Assembly: GCA_051294375.1 (NCBI GenBank)
Contig: CM119266.1
Coordinates: forward strand, 24,496,922-24,554,283
Source of the DNA: Paraspadella gotoi
Lineage: Eukaryota > Animalia > Chaetognatha
DNA length: 57,362 bases
Direction of reading: 5' to 3'
In this document: positions 52,885 to 57,362 of the stretch, piece after piece
How the letters are laid out: each line of letters opens with the position of its first letter
Numbering within the stretch: position 1 is the stretch's first letter
Program-made: the position numbers and the translations under genes
Notes under the pieces: model-generated
What the model was told of the DNA's origin: nothing
Database searches by the model: none
What the model saw: only the letters and a program-made list of their open reading frames with translations

Positions 52885-54125
52885 AACCATTTAAACATTT
52901 CTTTACCGAGGGAGTCTTAACACAATTACTTACTTACTTACTTACTTAGTTACTATTCCCATTTAAACAGTTCCGTAAGACATATAATAAATTTTGTTGA
53001 CAAAGAAACCTAAAATTAAACTTTTTCCAAATTCCATCACAAAACTTGAGATATGTTTTGAAACAAATATTCAAAATGTTTAGTTGAGACGTGGTTAAAG
53101 TCATGGTTGTCGTCGTCGTCGTCGTTCCAAACACTTATTTTTTGTGGCTTTAATCTTACTTAAGTGAGAACTAAACTAAACTTCTGCCGCAATTCTTATT
53201 AACATTTTCTTATTGCTAAAGTGAAAACAATCCAATCCAATAGCAAACCTTTTGTTTGTCCTGATCAATGATTTTAGAATTTGAATCTTAACTTACTCAT
53301 CGTGCCGCACTGATTAAGAATCCTTTTTAATATTTTAGCAAATATTTAATCACGGATTTTTTTTTTTCAATTATCAATGCAAATAACAAAATGTCAAAAC
53401 GATATAACATATGTTTTCGTCCGATGTACACAAGACTGTACAAAAAGACAAGTCCATTAAACGTATTGAAATTATATGAGTACGAATGTTTTGAAAAAAA
53501 AAAAGAAAACACCACCTGACGTAGCTATGGCATGGATTCATAATTACTAGAGGCTAATGATTACGATTGACTAATGAACGAACGAACAAACGGAAAAAAA
53601 AGAATTGAGCGAAACATCTCTATACGTGATGGGAACTTGGGGGGGCGACGCGGGCTGATTACGAAATAAGGCTAATTAAGAAAACGGCTGAATAAAAAAG
53701 GAAAGATGATAGTTAATATCACATAGTTAAAAATGAAACGTTAAGTTTATAAAATGTTTTCGCGGTGATGGCCGATTAAACAAAAGGATTATTAAAAGCA
53801 ATCTTTTTTTTTTTTTTTCATTCGGAACAAAGAATTTTAAACTCAAAATTTTTGAGTCTCCGACCAACAGTTTTATTTCTCAAGTGAAAAAAAAAAACCT
53901 TCTTTCTTTTCTTTTTCTTTCTTTTTCGTCTCCCTATTTCTTTCTCTTTTTCAAAAGGCGACATTTTTATTGCGTCTAACCTGAATTTCAGTTTTTTTAT
54001 TTATAAGAAAAAAACTTTTTTTTTTTGGAAAGAACGATTTTGTTTGGGAGTTAACAATAAAAAAATTTTCGTTTATGGATTTGATAAAAATCAAAACACA
54101 ACAAAAAAAGCTAAGAAAAAGACGA

Positions 54126-54158
<33 letters not shown>

Positions 54159-54534
54159 GTTGTTTTTGAGGCGCAAAGCCCGAAGGTGAACCGCGGCCTT
54201 CACCAAAATAAAGACCGCCTCGAGACGATGGGGCATGGGGTTGCGAGACGGTGAATTGAGGGGCCGCCGCCACCGTCACCGTCGATTGCTCACGCCGACG
54301 ATTTCAATAGCGTCTAAAAAAAAAAGCAAAACATTTTTATGCTTTTTTCGTGACGCGAAAAGAGAGAAAAATAAAAAGAGAAAAAGAAACTGTAAAACTG
54401 CTTCTCGGAATGACCCGTCTCGAGGACGCGCGTCTAAATATAACGGGTCTATTGAGTCCGATTTGTATCTCGATCACCAACGCGAAAACCGGCATTGTTG
54501 TCGGCGCCGTAAGAAATCGTTTTTAGATTTCTTT

Positions 54535-54664
<130 letters not shown>

Positions 54665-56101
54665 AGAAGAGGGAACGAAGGGATCATAAAAATACAGCTG
54701 CTGTTTTTTAGCCGAGACACTTGGTTTTTTTTCTTTCCTGGTTATTTTAAGGCGAGAATATTTGAGGTTACAAAAGCCTAATCGAATCCAGAGACCCTGT
54801 AATGGGAAGGTTATATGAAGGACTGAAAATTGATCCGATGGGAAATAAACTTGAATGAACGTAAAGGAGTTAGTTCTTAAATTCAACATTAATATCTGGG
54901 TCCGACGTAGGTTATTAACACTGCGGGAAAAGTGTCAAGGGTCGGTTTTTGTTACGACTTACGAGGTAGCTGGGTCGTAGATCACGGACATGGGGTCAGA
55001 CCCAAATACAATAAGAGGTCAGATTTATTAGGGTCTGGGTCGGCAAGGGTCAGATGACTAAATTAGGGGTCTGAGTCTTAAAAAATTTTTATGATTTGAT
55101 CGAAACGAATTGAAAAGAAGAAATCCTTCGGTTATTTTGGGACATTATCTACGGGTTTTTATCGGTGGGTTCCACTTTAGTGATTTTCTCTCTCAAACGA
55201 GGGAACTCGGGGAGAAAAAATGGGTGTTATTCTTATCTGATGGTCAAGTTTAGTTCATTTGTCCGGGGAAAAAAAGTAATCGGAACCAACGAAACTACTG
55301 ACAAGCGTCCCTGCACTTCGGCCATAACAATGAAATTACTAATAAAGATTAACAATAATCGAAGTAAATTTTTTTCTTGCTTCTCCTCATCACAATCGCG
55401 GCGCGGGGGGGTGGGGGTGGGGGCGGGGACAGATCTTTGACGAGACTTGAGATTGGTGTCAGTAGGAAGTCAAAAAAGGTGACGTAACCGTCGTCAATTA
55501 CGTCAGAGGTTGGCGCGTTGACCCCCCCGGTCGATGACGTCACTTTTGACCGAAGGCGTCCATTTTCTTAAGTCTATTTTGGTTCTTTTTTTCTTTTTTT
55601 TCTGGGTCGAAAGTTCGTATCGGGCGAAGAGACGAGCGCCATCCCATCGCTTCGTCACTCGGAAACGAAGGAGAGTGGTTAAAAGAGCGATGGGTGATGG
55701 GCGTGACCGAGTTTCTTCCTCCTCTCCCCTTTTTTTTTTTTTTGCTGACCTCAACGTGACGTTGGCTTCCTTCTCTCGTTTTCGTCCCTTATCTTCCTTC
55801 TTATCGCTGATCTGCTTCTCGCTTTCGCCTCAAAAGATTCGCTTAATCGCGATTCGTCGTTGATTCGCTCTCCTCTTCCTCCTCCTCTTTCTCCTCCCCT
55901 TCCTCCTCCTCCGGTACCAACACCCCTTCTCGGCACCCCTTGTGTGTCTCGGTTACCTTCTCTGGCTATCTTTGCGCTTTCACTCTCTTTTCTCACCTCT
56001 TCCAACCTTCCATTTCGTTCTTTGTTTCACGATCGTATTTCTTTCCTCTCACTCCGATCTTTCACGCCGTCTCGAATCTCCTTTCACGCCCGTCGCTCCT
56101 T

Positions 56102-56565
56102 TCACATGGTCTTGATCTCCTGCCCGGCGCCGTGATGATGATGATGATGCTTCGTCCTCTCCCTCTCCATCAACTTCTTCTGCTTCATCCTTCGATTCTG
56201 GAACCAGATCTTGACCTGTCGCTCCGTCAGGTTGAGCATGTAGGCCAATTCCACGCGTCGTTTGCGCGTGATGTACGTGTTCATGACGAACTCGCGCTCG
56301 AGCCAGCCCGTCTGCGAGCGAGTGTAGGGCACGCGTTTCTTGCGGCCCGACNNNNNNNNNNNNNNNNNNNNNNNNNNNNNNNNNNNNNNNNNNNNNNNNN
56401 NNNNNNNNNNNNNNNNNNNNNNNNNNNNNNNNNNNNNNNNNNNNNNNNNNNNNNNNNNNNNNNNNNNNNNNNNNNNNNNNNNNNNNNNNNNNNNNNNNNN
56501 NNNNTGGGGAGGGAGGATGGCGGTGGTGACGCCGCCGGAGGTCAGCGGAGAGGGTTTGGCGAGAC
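56102..56565 (-). CDS. Posterior-class (Abd-B-like) Hox gene 2, final coding exon with uninterrupted homeobox (56168-56347); spans an N gap
   Basis: 56350-56102 reads [82 protein letters not shown]. Beyond the gap (56352-56504) a polypyrimidine tract + ctaacAG acceptor opens a phase-1 exon at 56565 ([19 protein letters not shown]), in frame if the gap length is right. The 5' boundary is less certain than the homeobox. Confidence 0.9.
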
Positions 56566-57362
56566 CTGTTAGAGGGTGGGAGATAAAGAAGGGGGGGAAA
56601 TAGAATTATAATCTTGGAAGGCTAATAAGTCACTTTTAAAAAATAAATAATTCATATATTTTTTAAAATAAAATCTCATAACTGTATGGAAACATATATC
56701 GATAAATTCAAAAAGTTAATTCGAGCGCAACAAGATCGAAACCTTTTCGTGATCTTACGAGATAAAAACATAAAAATAATGTTTTGATTATTAAAAAAAA
56801 GAAACGAAACCAAACGAGTCTGTTTTTTGCGTTTCGATCGAAAATAAAGAAGAACCGGCGGATCGTCTTTCTTTTTATCTCTCGTGTGAGGTCGAACCGA
56901 GCGGCGCGCCGAACNNNNNNNNNNTCTCTCTCTCTCTCTCATTCTCGGCTATCTCTATGTCTTTCTCTATCGTTCACTCAATATTTCTCTCTCTCTTTGT
57001 CTCACTTCGTATTTTCTAACGACGCCGAGTGCATAATATTTATTCGAAATGCGATTTTCATTCATGATGACTTTTTCACGATTTTTGAATTTTTTTTCAT
57101 TAAATAAGAGTATTTAGAATTAGTTTTCACATGGAATGTACTGATCTTACAGTTTCTTTAACATTTGTCGCCGATGTCACATATATATTGGTTGTACCAA
57201 TTTCATAGCTATAAAAGAAAGATATAAATTCAGATATGCGTCGCAGACTTTATTACAGTTACAGTGTCTTTTTGTATCAATACAATGTCGCTTGAATATT
57301 GAATATGAAGTAAAAAGATGGAAAAGAAAGAAAGAAAGAGAGAAAGAGAGAAAGAGAGAAAG

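Noticed and set aside
55241-55257. DR5 retinoic-acid-response-like element TGGTCA-n5-AGTTCA
   Set aside because: One mismatch to consensus; such matches are expected by chance at this window size.

Overview
This is AT-rich, microsatellite-dense animal (bilaterian invertebrate) genomic DNA from a gapped draft assembly, not prokaryotic. It is bracketed by two posterior-class (Abd-B/PG9-14-like) Hox genes facing each other. The + strand gene has its homeobox split over three exons (1941-2017, 2492-2587, 3381-3479). The - strand gene has an uninterrupted homeobox (56168-56347). The 5' exons of both were not found in the window. The ~52 kb between them holds: (i) a nested direct/inverted duplication of 7.6-29.5 kb plus several noisy duplicates that look at least partly like assembly or gap-filling artefacts; (ii) a decayed ~6 kb Mutator/NOF-like DNA transposon that is CpG-poor relative to its CpG-rich surroundings; (iii) a 180-bp TGT...ACA MITE; (iv) minisatellites; and (v) several CpG-rich islands beside (GA)n tracts carrying TCF+helper, CTCF-like, Pbx-Hox, E-box/CCAAT and nuclear-receptor motifs. 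Almost all ORFs in the supplied track are microsatellite translations. All alignments and counts were done by eye and no database search was run.
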